A stretch of DNA of 64,000 bases from Nitrosopumilus sp. Lineage in GTDB: Archaea; Thermoproteota; Nitrososphaeria; Nitrososphaerales; Nitrosopumilaceae. The position numbers were made by a program, and so were the translations under genes. Shown here piece by piece: positions 1 through 8,994 of the stretch. How positions within the stretch are numbered: the first letter of the stretch is position 1; the number at the start of each line of letters is the position of its first letter. The notes beneath the pieces are model-generated. The model was not told where the DNA came from, did no database searches, and was given only the letters and a program-made list of their open reading frames with translations. The DNA is taken from assembly GCA_965207075.1 (NCBI GenBank), contig CBDBLO010000002.1, positions 2,080,001 to 2,144,000 of the forward strand, in the 5' to 3' direction.

Positions 1-365
1 TTGTTATTTGTACTTGCACACATAATACCGATGTTTTTAATTCCAAGACTGGTAGCTCGATCAAAAACTGATAAGATGTCTGTGTTGTTTCCTCCAGCAG
101 TAATGATCATTATGGAACAGTCACTACTAATATTATCATATCCTAAAAATTCGAGTGGAGTTAGGTATTTTGAGATGGTTCCGGTCCTTTGGTGTAGTAA
201 CGACGCGAAAGTTGCAGACGAGAGAGATCCGCCAGATCCTATCACGTACAATGGCATCTTTTTAGAACGTCTTACGAACTCTGTGATCTTGTCTATGGGA
301 GTTGTCAATGCCCAGTTATAAACATCGGGAATCATTTTAAGATCTCTTGTATATGATCGTCCCAA
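1..365 (-). CDS. SIS (sugar-isomerase) domain protein, runs off the left edge (5' part only)
   Basis: Manual translation from TTG at 365 (alternative ATG at 401): MGRSYTRDLKMIPDVYNWALTTPIDKITEFVRRSKKMPLYVIGSGGSLSSATFASLLHQ...IMIITAGGNNTDILS. VIGSGGS and ITAGGNN resemble SIS phosphosugar loops. Absent from the ORF track because there is no stop in the window. Confidence 0.7.
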   Translation of the reverse strand, partial: MGRSYTRDLKMIPDVYNWALTTPIDKITEFVRRSKKMPLYVIGSGGSLSSATFASLLHQRTGTISKYLTPLEFLGYDNISSDCSIMIITAGGNNTDILSVFDRATSLGIKNIGIMCASTNN

Positions 366-1134
366 GCTAGCTCTACCATCTTTAGATCCACTGGCTAGCA
401 TAAAGGTTTGTTTATGGATATAGTCAAACTAAAAGCTAAGTCGGTCTAACAAACCCTATCGATTAGGTTAGAGGATGTCAAGGAGGACAGATGGGCAGAT
501 TCGCCTCCAAGAATAGATCCGGTACTGGAAAGATGATGCAGTTGGGCAAAGAGACACCAAGTTCGTTTCTCGCGGGTACTCCTCCAGCGTACAACCTTAG
601 ATCCGCCCACATGGCGCGACGAACTGTCGATGCTGTTCCGCCTGCGTCAGGCGGAAATGTGCAACAACAAGGAACAAGGCGCTGCATACGCCTGATCCTA
701 CCGTACAGTCTTGCGCATTCGCGATGTGATGGGATCGAACTCCGGAAACACCGTGTAACAGGTATTGTCTGTGAGACACATCTTCTGCATACGAATAACC
801 TGTCTGCTTCAAGGCGCATACAAGGATGTACAAGCTGCCAATCTCAAATCAGAAGGATAGTCGACAGCAGGCGCCATGTCGCTAGCAAGACGGCGATCGG
901 CCGGTGCCTTCTGACACAGACTCTCCGTGGTCGCCTCACTGCAGCTCAGATAGCCGCCTTCTATTGTAGGCTAGCATGCCTGACGTCTCAATCCATCTCT
1001 TGTAGAGTTCGAATCGAAAGTAATTCAAACTCTACCAGCAGGGTTAAATGCCAAATCATCCCCAACCCATACGTTGACAGGCACGGGTTCAGGCGGCAAA
1101 GTTCGAATTAAAACCGATTCGCATAAGACGGAAA
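1..1134. mobile_element. Probable end of an island integrated at the 3' end of tRNA-Val
   Basis: Visibly more AT-rich than the core and abuts the 3' end of tRNA-Val. No att duplicate is visible in the window. Confidence 0.5.
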
Positions 1135-1209
1135 TGGGCCCACGGGGATTTGAACCCCGGATCTTCGCCGTGTAAGGGCGACGTCATAACCGAGCTGGAC
1201 TATGAGCCC
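1135..1209 (-). tRNA. tRNA-Val(TAC)
   Basis: GGGCTCA/TGGGCCC-A acceptor stem, anticodon arm TCGCC-CTTACAC-GGCGA, T-loop TTCAAAT. TATA-like ATTTAAAT at 1233-1240. Confidence 0.95.
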
Positions 1210-1368
1210 AAGGGCAGACGTTGCCAAAATCCATTTAAATCTTGAGTGGAGGCCAGCCCTTGCGCGTAGCAGCTGCCTCCCTAGGTTCCTGACGGCCGGT
1301 TGGCAGTGGTTACAGATGGGGCGGCCAAAGAAGCTAGAAATTCATGTATGCAAAAAGAGGATGCGGTC

Positions 1369-2439
1369 ATGTCAGACAAGAGAATCAGCTTCTTCACAAG
1401 CCCCATAGGCCTCGGGCACGCCACGCGCGACGCGGCGATCTCGGCGCATCTAGGGTCGGGCGTCAGCTTTACGACCGGCGGCGGCGCGGCGCGTCTGCTT
1501 GCGGGCGCCGTGGAGTCAGTCCGCGACGAGTACAGGCCCCCGAGGTTCGAGGTCGACGGGAACGGCAAGCTCAGAAACCCCGCAAGATGGCTGTGGAGAT
1601 ACTACCGGTACTACAAAGACTGCAAGAGAATCGCATCCCAGATCATCGCACGCGAGAACCCGGACATGGTGGTGAGCGACGAGGACTTTGCATCGGTTGC
1701 CGTGGCACTGGAGATGGGAATCAAGACGATCCTAATTACCGACATACTGCAGACCAGCTTTACTGAGGGCTGGCCCGGCACCGCCATCGAGGGGAGGATG
1801 AACAGGGCCATGCGCGAGATGATGGAAAAATGCGACGCCGTGATAATGCCGGAGACCGGCCACAGTACTGGAAACGTGTTCAGAGTAGGCCCCATAACGA
1901 GAAGTCCGAGCAGAACAAGGGAGGAGATCCGCCGAGCCTGCGGGTTTGAGAAGAAGATCGTGCTGGTGTCAGTCGGCGGCACGGACGCGGGAGCCTTTCT
2001 GATCGACCGCGTGCTGGATGCCATGGCCGAAGTTGATCGCGGTGGGGGCGGGGGCGGCACGGAGACGGTAATAGTTTCCGGGCCCTCGATTGCAGTCGCG
2101 GCCGCAGGAAGAAAAGAGGTTCGCGGCCGCAATGCCAGGGTCATGGGGTACGTGGACAACCTCCACGAGCTGATCCTAGCAGCAGACGTGCTGGTCTCGC
2201 TTGCCGGGCGCTCGACCATTGACGAGGCGGAGGCGGCAGGCACGCCGTCCGTGTTCATCCCGATCGCAGGCCACTTTGAGCAGGAGGCAAACGCGGCAAG
2301 GCTCGGGTTTGCGGCATCCGACATTGACAGGCTTGCAGAAATCATAGGCGCAAAGCTTGACGAGCCGCGCAGGCCGGCCGTGGACGCGGCCGGGGCCGTG
2401 GACGCGGCCAAGCTGATTGCATCTGTTGCCGCCGGATAG
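1369..2439 (+). CDS. GT28/MurG-like glycosyltransferase
   Basis: GLGHATR N-terminal motif, VSVGGTDAG, LAGRSTIDEA and HFEQEANA of the GT28 C-domain. Start taken at MSDKR. Confidence 0.8.
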   Translation: MSDKRISFFTSPIGLGHATRDAAISAHLGSGVSFTTGGGAARLLAGAVESVRDEYRPPRFEVDGNGKLRNPARWLWRYYRYYKDCKRIASQIIARENPDMVVSDEDFASVAVALEMGIKTILITDILQTSFTEGWPGTAIEGRMNRAMREMMEKCDAVIMPETGHSTGNVFRVGPITRSPSRTREEIRRACGFEKKIVLVSVGGTDAGAFLIDRVLDAMAEVDRGGGGGGTETVIVSGPSIAVAAAGRKEVRGRNARVMGYVDNLHELILAADVLVSLAGRSTIDEAEAAGTPSVFIPIAGHFEQEANAARLGFAASDIDRLAEIIGAKLDEPRRPAVDAAGAVDAAKLIASVAAG

Positions 2440-2532
2440 GCAGCGGCCCGCCGCCGTATCCGCGCCACCGCGCCCCCGGGCTTGCAGCCCACCGGTGATC
2501 AACATATAGATGGACTGTCCGCATACCCTGTC

Positions 2533-3972
2533 ATGGCAGGGAAGAGGCTGGTCATAGCAAAGTTTGGCGGCAGCGCGCTCGGCCCCGACGGCGTGCACAT
2601 ACCAAGGATAGTCGAGCGCATAAGGGAGCTGAAGCGTGACGCGGACACCAAGGTGGTCGCGGTGTTCTCGGCCCCCCTCACCGCCAACCAAGACGGCACC
2701 ATACGCTCGCTGACTGACATCGTACTAGAGCAGGGCAGAAACGCCGAATCAGGGGCAGAGTACTCGCTTGATACGGTCACGGACGCGTACGCCGCGCTGA
2801 TGCGCGACAACCTGCGCGGGGCCGCGGCCGAGACTGCAGACGCGTGCGGCGGCATCGCCGAAGAGGGCCTTGCAAGGACCCGGGAGGCGCTAGAGGAGGC
2901 GCGCACGGAGAGGAGGTTCGAGGGCGAGGTCAGGTCAAGGGCGCTCGCGTTCTCCGGCGAGGTACTAATGTCGCACATAATGAAGCACATACTGGCGCAC
3001 AACGGCATCAGGTCGGACTCCGTCGAGCTGGACGACTGGCCCATCATCACCGACAGCAACATCGAGTCGTCGAACTTTCTTGCCGAGGAGTCAAGGAAGC
3101 GCCTGGGGCCCATGGAGGCGATGCTCGAGGCAAACGACGCGGTCTCGATCGGCGGCTTTATCGGCCGCACCACGGACGGCACGATCACCACGTACGAGCG
3201 CGGCGGCACCGACCGCACTGCGGCCGACGTCGCCATACTGTTCCACAAGGAATACGACACCAGCATCGACTTTGAAAAGGACAGCTCCGTGGTCTCCGCG
3301 GACCCCAAGATAGTAAAGGACGACCTCAGCGAGGTGCCCCAGCTGTCGTACAACGAGGCCAGGCTCGCGGGTATGTTCGGGATGAAGATACTAGACCCGA
3401 TCGCGATCAAGGAGATAGTGGAGAACGGGGCGGATGTTCCCATCATCATAACGAACCTGAACCGCCCGGAGAAGACCACCACCATCACGAGGGCGCTGGA
3501 TCCCGACGGGTCCTCGAGCCCGATCAAGATGGTCACGGGCAAGTCAAACTGCGCCATATTCAGGATAGAAAAGGCCGCGATGGAGAGGCTGCTCACGTCG
3601 CTTGAAAACGACAAGAGGTACAGCGAGTTTGTCATACTGTCCCCGTATACGAAGGACGGAACCGAGTTCGGGCGCATGCTGTTCCTGGACGCCGACTACA
3701 TCAGGCGCAACGAGAAATACTTTATGGCATTCGACTCGCTTGCCACCATAACGTACAACCGCGGGGTAGTCACGCTGATCGGCGACGAGATGTGGCGCGC
3801 GCAGCAGGTCGCGTCAAGGGCCAGCGCGTGCGTCGGTTCGGCGGGGCTCAACATACTGAACATGGACGCGCAGGAGGAGACGTCGAGGATAATCATCGTA
3901 ATAGAGGACGCGGCCGACAACGTCGCAAGGGCCATCGCGTCGATACACGGCGAGATAGTGGCCGCGGGCTAG
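2533..3972 (+). CDS. lysC: Aspartate kinase
   Basis: AKFGGS, TYERGGTDRTA, SADPKIV, LSYNEA and a C-terminal ACT-like region. Confidence 0.9.
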   Translation: MAGKRLVIAKFGGSALGPDGVHIPRIVERIRELKRDADTKVVAVFSAPLTANQDGTIRSLTDIVLEQGRNAESGAEYSLDTVTDAYAALMRDNLRGAAAETADACGGIAEEGLARTREALEEARTERRFEGEVRSRALAFSGEVLMSHIMKHILAHNGIRSDSVELDDWPIITDSNIESSNFLAEESRKRLGPMEAMLEANDAVSIGGFIGRTTDGTITTYERGGTDRTAADVAILFHKEYDTSIDFEKDSSVVSADPKIVKDDLSEVPQLSYNEARLAGMFGMKILDPIAIKEIVENGADVPIIITNLNRPEKTTTITRALDPDGSSSPIKMVTGKSNCAIFRIEKAAMERLLTSLENDKRYSEFVILSPYTKDGTEFGRMLFLDADYIRRNEKYFMAFDSLATITYNRGVVTLIGDEMWRAQQVASRASACVGSAGLNILNMDAQEETSRIIIVIEDAADNVARAIASIHGEIVAAG

Positions 3973-4001
3973 CGCGCAGCCGCCCGCAACCGGATTAGTA
4001 T

Positions 4002-4090
4002 TGGCGTTAACGGTTTCCCGTTACCGCCATCAAGGGTTTGTTCTTGGGCCTGTATCATGATTCAGCCCGGGCGTTACCCTTAACACGCTT
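4002..4090 (-). ncRNA. Candidate structured small RNA
   Basis: Minus-strand helix TTAAGGGT/ACCCTTGA enclosing GGGCTG..CAGGCCC, followed by hairpin TGGCG-G-TAACGG-GAAA-CCGTTA-A-CGCCA. TATA-like boxes at 4112-4117 and 4127-4132. Confidence 0.4.
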
Positions 4091-4146
4091 GACATATGTT
4101 GTACGTCTGAGTATTTATGGCTGATCTATATAGATCGGGTCTGGAT

Positions 4147-4365
4147 CTAGCTCCTCTCAGCCACGTACCAGATTATGATGCCGGCGCCTATTATGGCATA
4201 CCACTTGAAGTTGGAGCGGTGCGCGAACACGCTGGGCGAGCCCATCTCGCTGCCGCTCTGCGCCACTCTGATGCGGCGCATCTCAAAGGCCTGGCCCACG
4301 AGCCCCGCCACAAGCAGCGCGATTGCGACAAACCCCAGCGTCCAGTCCACGCATTCCGTACGCAT
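4147..4365 (-). CDS. Small two-TM membrane protein
   Basis: Hydrophobic helices WTLGFVAIALLVAGLVG and WYAIIGAGIIIWYV. Start uncertain. Confidence 0.7.
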   Translation of the reverse strand: MRTECVDWTLGFVAIALLVAGLVGQAFEMRRIRVAQSGSEMGSPSVFAHRSNFKWYAIIGAGIIIWYVAERS

Positions 4366-4534
4366 ACGTAAGATTTCTAGCTTGGGGTTGTTCGGCGGAG
4401 CCCAAGACCCGAGGCCGTAACACTGCAGATCGGCACGGTGTCGTCCCAGGTCCCGCCCGCGCGCGGCGCCACCGTCCGGCGGCCCCCGCAACGCGGCGTG
4501 CATTCTTTAAATTAGCATGCATTTTGGCCCCGCT

Positions 4535-5449
4535 ATGAAAGAGTCCGGCAAGATATGGATGAACGGCAAGCTGGTGCCGTTTGCCGATGCAAAGGTGCAC
4601 GTCCTGACGCACGCGCTGCACTACTCGACGTCGGTGTTCGAGGGGATCAGGTGCTATAACACGCCGGAGGGCCCCGCCATATTCAGGCTGGATGACCACG
4701 TGGACAGGATGTTCCGCTCCGCAAAGATGTACTCGATGAAGATTAGATATACCAAGGGCCAGATTGCAGACGCCATAATCGACACGGTGCGCGCATGCAG
4801 GCTCAAGGAGTGCTATATCAGGCCCCTGGCATACTACGGGTACGGCGAGATGGGGCTCACCCCCACAAAGAACAAGGTGGACGTCTCCATATCCTGCTGG
4901 CCCTGGAAGATGGGCGAGTCGAAGGCAGGCAAGTTCTCAGGGGCAAGGTGCATGGTGTCGAGCTGGACTAGGATCGACCCGAGGGCGCAGCCCGTGCAGG
5001 CAAAGGCGGCCGCCAACTATTCCAACGCCGCGCTCGCAAGGGTCGAGGCACTGGAGAACGGCTACGACGAGGCCATCATGCTCAACGGAGACGGGAGGGT
5101 CGCAGAAGGCAGCGCGGAGAACATCTTCATATGCACGGACGGGCGCATACTGACGCCCCCGCTCTCGACCGGGTGCCTCAGCGGGATCACCAGGGACAGC
5201 GTCATAAAGATAGCCGCGGCCGACGGCATCGACATATCAGAGTATGATCTGTACAGGGCCGACCTGTACACGGCCGACGAGATATTCATGACGGGCACGG
5301 CCGCCGAGGTAAAGTCCGTCACGCAGGTCGACCGCACTAGAATAGGGAGCGGCAGGATGGGCCGCGTCACAAAGGCGCTGCAAAAGTCGTTCGTGGGCGC
5401 CGCCATGGGCAAGGACAAGAGGTTCAGGCAGTGGCTCACGTTCATCTGA
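4535..5449 (+). CDS. ilvE: Branched-chain amino acid aminotransferase
   Basis: HALHYSTSVFEGIRCY, AKAAANY (PLP lysine), EGSAENIF, LSGITR, FMTGTAAEV. Confidence 0.95.
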   Translation: MKESGKIWMNGKLVPFADAKVHVLTHALHYSTSVFEGIRCYNTPEGPAIFRLDDHVDRMFRSAKMYSMKIRYTKGQIADAIIDTVRACRLKECYIRPLAYYGYGEMGLTPTKNKVDVSISCWPWKMGESKAGKFSGARCMVSSWTRIDPRAQPVQAKAAANYSNAALARVEALENGYDEAIMLNGDGRVAEGSAENIFICTDGRILTPPLSTGCLSGITRDSVIKIAAADGIDISEYDLYRADLYTADEIFMTGTAAEVKSVTQVDRTRIGSGRMGRVTKALQKSFVGAAMGKDKRFRQWLTFI

Positions 5450-5558
5450 CTGCGCCGGCCTGAACTAATTGAGACTCACGTCCAAGGCGCCGCCCGTCCG
5501 GACCTCCCCCCAGCGCCAGAGATTAATGGTTTTTTAATCAGGCGGCACCACACCATGC

Positions 5559-5723
5559 GTGGACTGCGCCGAGAATGACAGCGACGGGGTGTGCTGGTTC
5601 TGCAAGAAGGGAAGGCACGCAGAGTGCATGGTGGAGATCCCGATGGCGGGCAGGTCAGGCGACGGCGGGCCCCACGACTGCACGTTTGACACGGTAATGG
5701 CAAAGTGCTGCTGCAAGCACTGA
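5559..5723 (+). CDS. Small Cys/His-rich putative metal-binding protein (54 aa)
   Basis: GTG start: MDCAENDSDGVCWFCKKGRHAECMVEIPMAGRSGDGGPHDCTFDTVMAKCCCKH. TTTTTAAT about 25 nt upstream. Below the ORF-track size cutoff. Confidence 0.65.
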   Translation: MDCAENDSDGVCWFCKKGRHAECMVEIPMAGRSGDGGPHDCTFDTVMAKCCCKH

Positions 5724-5765
5724 GCGCGCGAGGCGGCACTGGAAAGGGGGGGGGCTGCGAGAGGC

Positions 5766-6380
5766 ATGGACGGATCACCGCGGTACCGCGGCAGGTATGA
5801 CGAGAATTTCTGGGACGAGTACGCCAGATCAAACGAGTCAAGGTACGATGCGGGGTTTGCAGGCAGGGTGGCGTACACGGCCGGCGAGCTGCGCTGCGCA
5901 AGCGTGCTCGAGGTGGGGTGCGGGACCGGCGTCGACCTCAGGCTGGTGCCAGACGGAGTGCACGTATTCGGGCTCGACCCCAACCACGTGGCAGTCGGGG
6001 CCGCAAGGGAGGGCGTGCGGTCCGGGTGCTTTGCAAGGGGGATGATTACCGACATGCCGTATGCGGACTCGTCGATAGACCTGGTGTTCACGCACAGGCT
6101 GCTGAACTATCTTGACGAGGATACGCTGGCAGGCGGGATGCGCGAGATGCACAGGGTGGCAAGAAAGCACGTGATGAGCTGCGAGTGGTCCGGCGCCACG
6201 GAGGGCGCGATGGACGGGCGCCGCACCCTGCGGAACATGGCAGAAAGGTGGGCGGGCATGGGCGCAGAGGTCATGGCAGACGCCCTCGTGTATGATGCGG
6301 CGGCGGCGGCGGCAGAACACGGGGCTGACCCGCCCGCAGAGACGGCCGAGACCAGAATGACGCTCGTGCGGGTCTCATAG
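5766..6380 (+). CDS. Class I SAM-dependent methyltransferase
   Basis: VLEVGCGTG, FGLDPN, DSSIDLVFT motifs. Confidence 0.85.
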   Translation: MDGSPRYRGRYDENFWDEYARSNESRYDAGFAGRVAYTAGELRCASVLEVGCGTGVDLRLVPDGVHVFGLDPNHVAVGAAREGVRSGCFARGMITDMPYADSSIDLVFTHRLLNYLDEDTLAGGMREMHRVARKHVMSCEWSGATEGAMDGRRTLRNMAERWAGMGAEVMADALVYDAAAAAAEHGADPPAETAETRMTLVRVS

Positions 6381-7274
6381 GCGGCGGCTGTGTTGCCTGC
6401 CCACGACCTTGGATGCCACCGACGCGGCGTCCGCGGCGGCCCCCACGTTGTGCGTCCTGATGATGTCGGCCCCCCGCATCACCGCGACCGCCTCCGCGGC
6501 GGCCGTCCCGTACGCGCGGTCCGCCACGTCCGCGCGCCCCGTGACTGCGCCCAGAAACGACTTGTTTGACACGGATACCACTACGGGCATCGCCTTTTTG
6601 GCCCTGATGGAGGCAAGGCCGTCCAGCACGGCCGCGTCCCGCGACACCCAGTCAGTCGATCCCATCCTGGTGTAAAGCGGGCCGCCGGCCCTCTTGCGAA
6701 AGAATCCTATCGACGGATCTACCGCTATCCGCGACGCGGGAATGCCCGCCTTCGAGGCGATCTTGAGGCTCTCGGCAAGCAGGCGCCGCGCGTCGCGCAC
6801 ATAGTCCCGCGCCGGGGCCGCCACCCGCCTGCCGGGGCCGCCGTACGAGCATACCACTACAGACGCGCGGTGGCGCCGCGCCGTTCCGGCCATCCCCGCG
6901 TCATGCTTGAGCCCGGACACGTCGTTGACTATGACGGCCCCCGCCTCCAGCGCCCTTTTTGCCACCGCGGCCCTGCACGTGTCGACGGATATGGGCAGGT
7001 TGCACCCGTCCTGTACGGCGCCCACCGCCCTGAGGACGCGGTCCGACTCCTCGCGCTCGGATACCCCGGTCTCCAGATATGGCGCGGTGGACATGCCGCC
7101 CACGTCCACGTAGTGGCCGCCCTCGTCCTCTATCGACTTTGCCCTGTCCCTGATGGCGCGCCTCGTGATATACACGGAACCCCCGTAGAACGACTCCGGG
7201 CTGGCGTTCACCACACCCATTACGCGCACCGGGCTGCCGGGACCCGCGCGAATGCCCCCGATCACACTGGTCAC
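6375..7274 (-). CDS. folP: Dihydropteroate synthase
   Basis: VMGVVNASPESF, DVGGMST, ISVDT, NDVSG, DPSIGF, SNKSFLG, IIRTHNV. Confidence 0.9.
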   Translation of the reverse strand: MTSVIGGIRAGPGSPVRVMGVVNASPESFYGGSVYITRRAIRDRAKSIEDEGGHYVDVGGMSTAPYLETGVSEREESDRVLRAVGAVQDGCNLPISVDTCRAAVAKRALEAGAVIVNDVSGLKHDAGMAGTARRHRASVVVCSYGGPGRRVAAPARDYVRDARRLLAESLKIASKAGIPASRIAVDPSIGFFRKRAGGPLYTRMGSTDWVSRDAAVLDGLASIRAKKAMPVVVSVSNKSFLGAVTGRADVADRAYGTAAAEAVAVMRGADIIRTHNVGAAADAASVASKVVGRQHSRRL

Positions 7275-7319
7275 AACGGTTTATCAACGCACGGCATAAT
7301 TGAACCATGTGATGCTGTG

Positions 7320-8171
7320 ATGGACGGCGCGGCGGTAGAGAAGGAGGAGGAGGAGGAGGAAACGGAAGCGACAACGGCATGGCAGGACATGTACAACGCG
7401 ATACTGGCCGACTTTGCGTATGACACCGCAAGGGACGACAAAAGCGCCCGCATGCTTGACCACATATTGGATGAGGCGGGCATGCCCGACGCATACCCCG
7501 CGCTGCGCAGGATGATCGAAGGAAATACCGTGCTGGTGGCCGGCTCGGGGCCCTCCCTTGACGAGTCGCTTGATACCCTTGCAAGGCACGCGGACACGGC
7601 CGTCCTGATCGCCGCGGACACGGCCGCGAAACCCCTCGTGGACCGCGGCATCATGCCGCACGTCATCGTAACCGACCTGGACGGAGACGTCGAGTGCCAT
7701 GCGGAGGCCTCCGAGAAGGGGGCCGCCATAATAGCGCACGCCCACGGGGACAACATGCACATGCTGCACCATGTCAGAAGGTTTCGCGCATGCATGGGGA
7801 CGACCCAGGCGGGCCCCGTCGGACGCATAAGGAACCTGGGCGGGTTTACCGACGGGGACAGGGCCGTGTTTGCGGCCGACCACTTTGGCGCGGGCCGGAT
7901 CATTCTGTTTGGCATGGACCTCGACGGGGAGGAGGTGGGCAGGCACTCCAGGACCGCCGCGTCCGACCGCGCCACGAAGGCAAAAAAGCTGCTAAAGGCA
8001 AGGGAGCTGCTGGAGGTGTGGCTTGCCGGCCGGCCCAGGCGGGGCCGCCGCCTGTACACCGCATCCGACTGCCGCATAGCGGGGTTTGAGAGCATCACAT
8101 ACAGTGATGTGGACAGGCTTCTGGCGCCCGGCGCGGGTGGCCGCAGGGGGCCCGCGCGCCCGGAGGAGTGA
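7320..8171 (+). CDS. mptE: 6-hydroxymethyl-7,8-dihydropterin pyrophosphokinase (DUF115)
   Basis: GSGPSL, IVTDLDG, HAHGDN, GGFTDGDRA, LFGMD. Divergent from folP. Confidence 0.85.
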   Translation: MDGAAVEKEEEEEETEATTAWQDMYNAILADFAYDTARDDKSARMLDHILDEAGMPDAYPALRRMIEGNTVLVAGSGPSLDESLDTLARHADTAVLIAADTAAKPLVDRGIMPHVIVTDLDGDVECHAEASEKGAAIIAHAHGDNMHMLHHVRRFRACMGTTQAGPVGRIRNLGGFTDGDRAVFAADHFGAGRIILFGMDLDGEEVGRHSRTAASDRATKAKKLLKARELLEVWLAGRPRRGRRLYTASDCRIAGFESITYSDVDRLLAPGAGGRRGPARPEE

Positions 8172-8280
8172 CGCCGGGCGCGAGCGCTGCGGCGGAAGAG
8201 GAGGAAGGGAAGAGGAACCGCGCTGCGCGCCGCGGCGGCACTAGAATGAGTTTAATATCCGTCGGCCCCCCTTTCATTCC

Positions 8281-8988
8281 ATGAAGCTCTCCGAGGACGA
8301 GGTAAGGGACGTCATATCCATACAGAAGAGAATTGCAGGAAAGATAGAGGCGCACCAAAAGGAGATCAGGCTGCTTGAGCGCAATTACGAGATACTTGAA
8401 AAGATCGTCACGGAATCCAGCTTTACGAGCGCGGCGGATCTGCTGGGCGATGGCAGCAGCAGTAGCAGTAGCGGTGACGGCGCGAACTCGGAGACTGGTA
8501 ACGCAGACGGTGCGGAGGCCGCAGACTCGGCAGCGGCAGCGCAACCGCACGAGGCGCCAGATGCGGCACCAGAGAACGCCGCGCCGGAGCAGCCGTCCGG
8601 CAGCGGCACTGTCATCACCGACAGCGGCACGGGCAAGCCCCTGGCCGACGTGCAGCGGACGCAGGACCGCATCAGCATCATTATAGCAGAGGGACTGCAG
8701 GGCCTGGCCGAGGACGTGCCCCCGTTCCGCTCGTTCTTCATAGACAGGATACTGGGCGGCATGCAGAAGGGCGACGCCGAAAGGGTGCGCAGCGGCTCGC
8801 TGCAGGAGCACGAGTCCATAAGCTACGAGATAGACGCCGACCCCGGGACGGGGCGCCTCAGGCGCATACTGATCAAGAACTACGGGGACGAGCGGCGCGC
8901 AAGCGAGATCCTGAGCACGGCGGGATGGTCGTTTTCCAGGATGCTCGAGAGGGAGGAGGCCGCGGCCGCGGCGCAGCCGGGCAGATGA
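8281..8988 (+). CDS. Hypothetical protein (N-terminal coiled coil, low-complexity linker)
   Basis: Host-like codon usage. TTTAATA upstream. Ends 6 nt before guaA. Confidence 0.75.
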   Translation: MKLSEDEVRDVISIQKRIAGKIEAHQKEIRLLERNYEILEKIVTESSFTSAADLLGDGSSSSSSGDGANSETGNADGAEAADSAAAAQPHEAPDAAPENAAPEQPSGSGTVITDSGTGKPLADVQRTQDRISIIIAEGLQGLAEDVPPFRSFFIDRILGGMQKGDAERVRSGSLQEHESISYEIDADPGTGRLRRILIKNYGDERRASEILSTAGWSFSRMLEREEAAAAAQPGR

Positions 8989-8994
8989 TGCGCC

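Noticed and set aside
1-321. Plus-strand 106-aa ORF
   Set aside because: It is the antisense shadow of the SIS-domain gene.
491-1111. 206-aa ORF (and overlapping 478..819)
   Set aside because: No motifs, with an Arg/Ser/Cys-rich composition typical of non-coding frames. It cannot be fully excluded.
3990-4140. 5S rRNA or tRNA
   Set aside because: It lacks the CCGAAC/GAAG-type 5S motifs and any T-loop cloverleaf.
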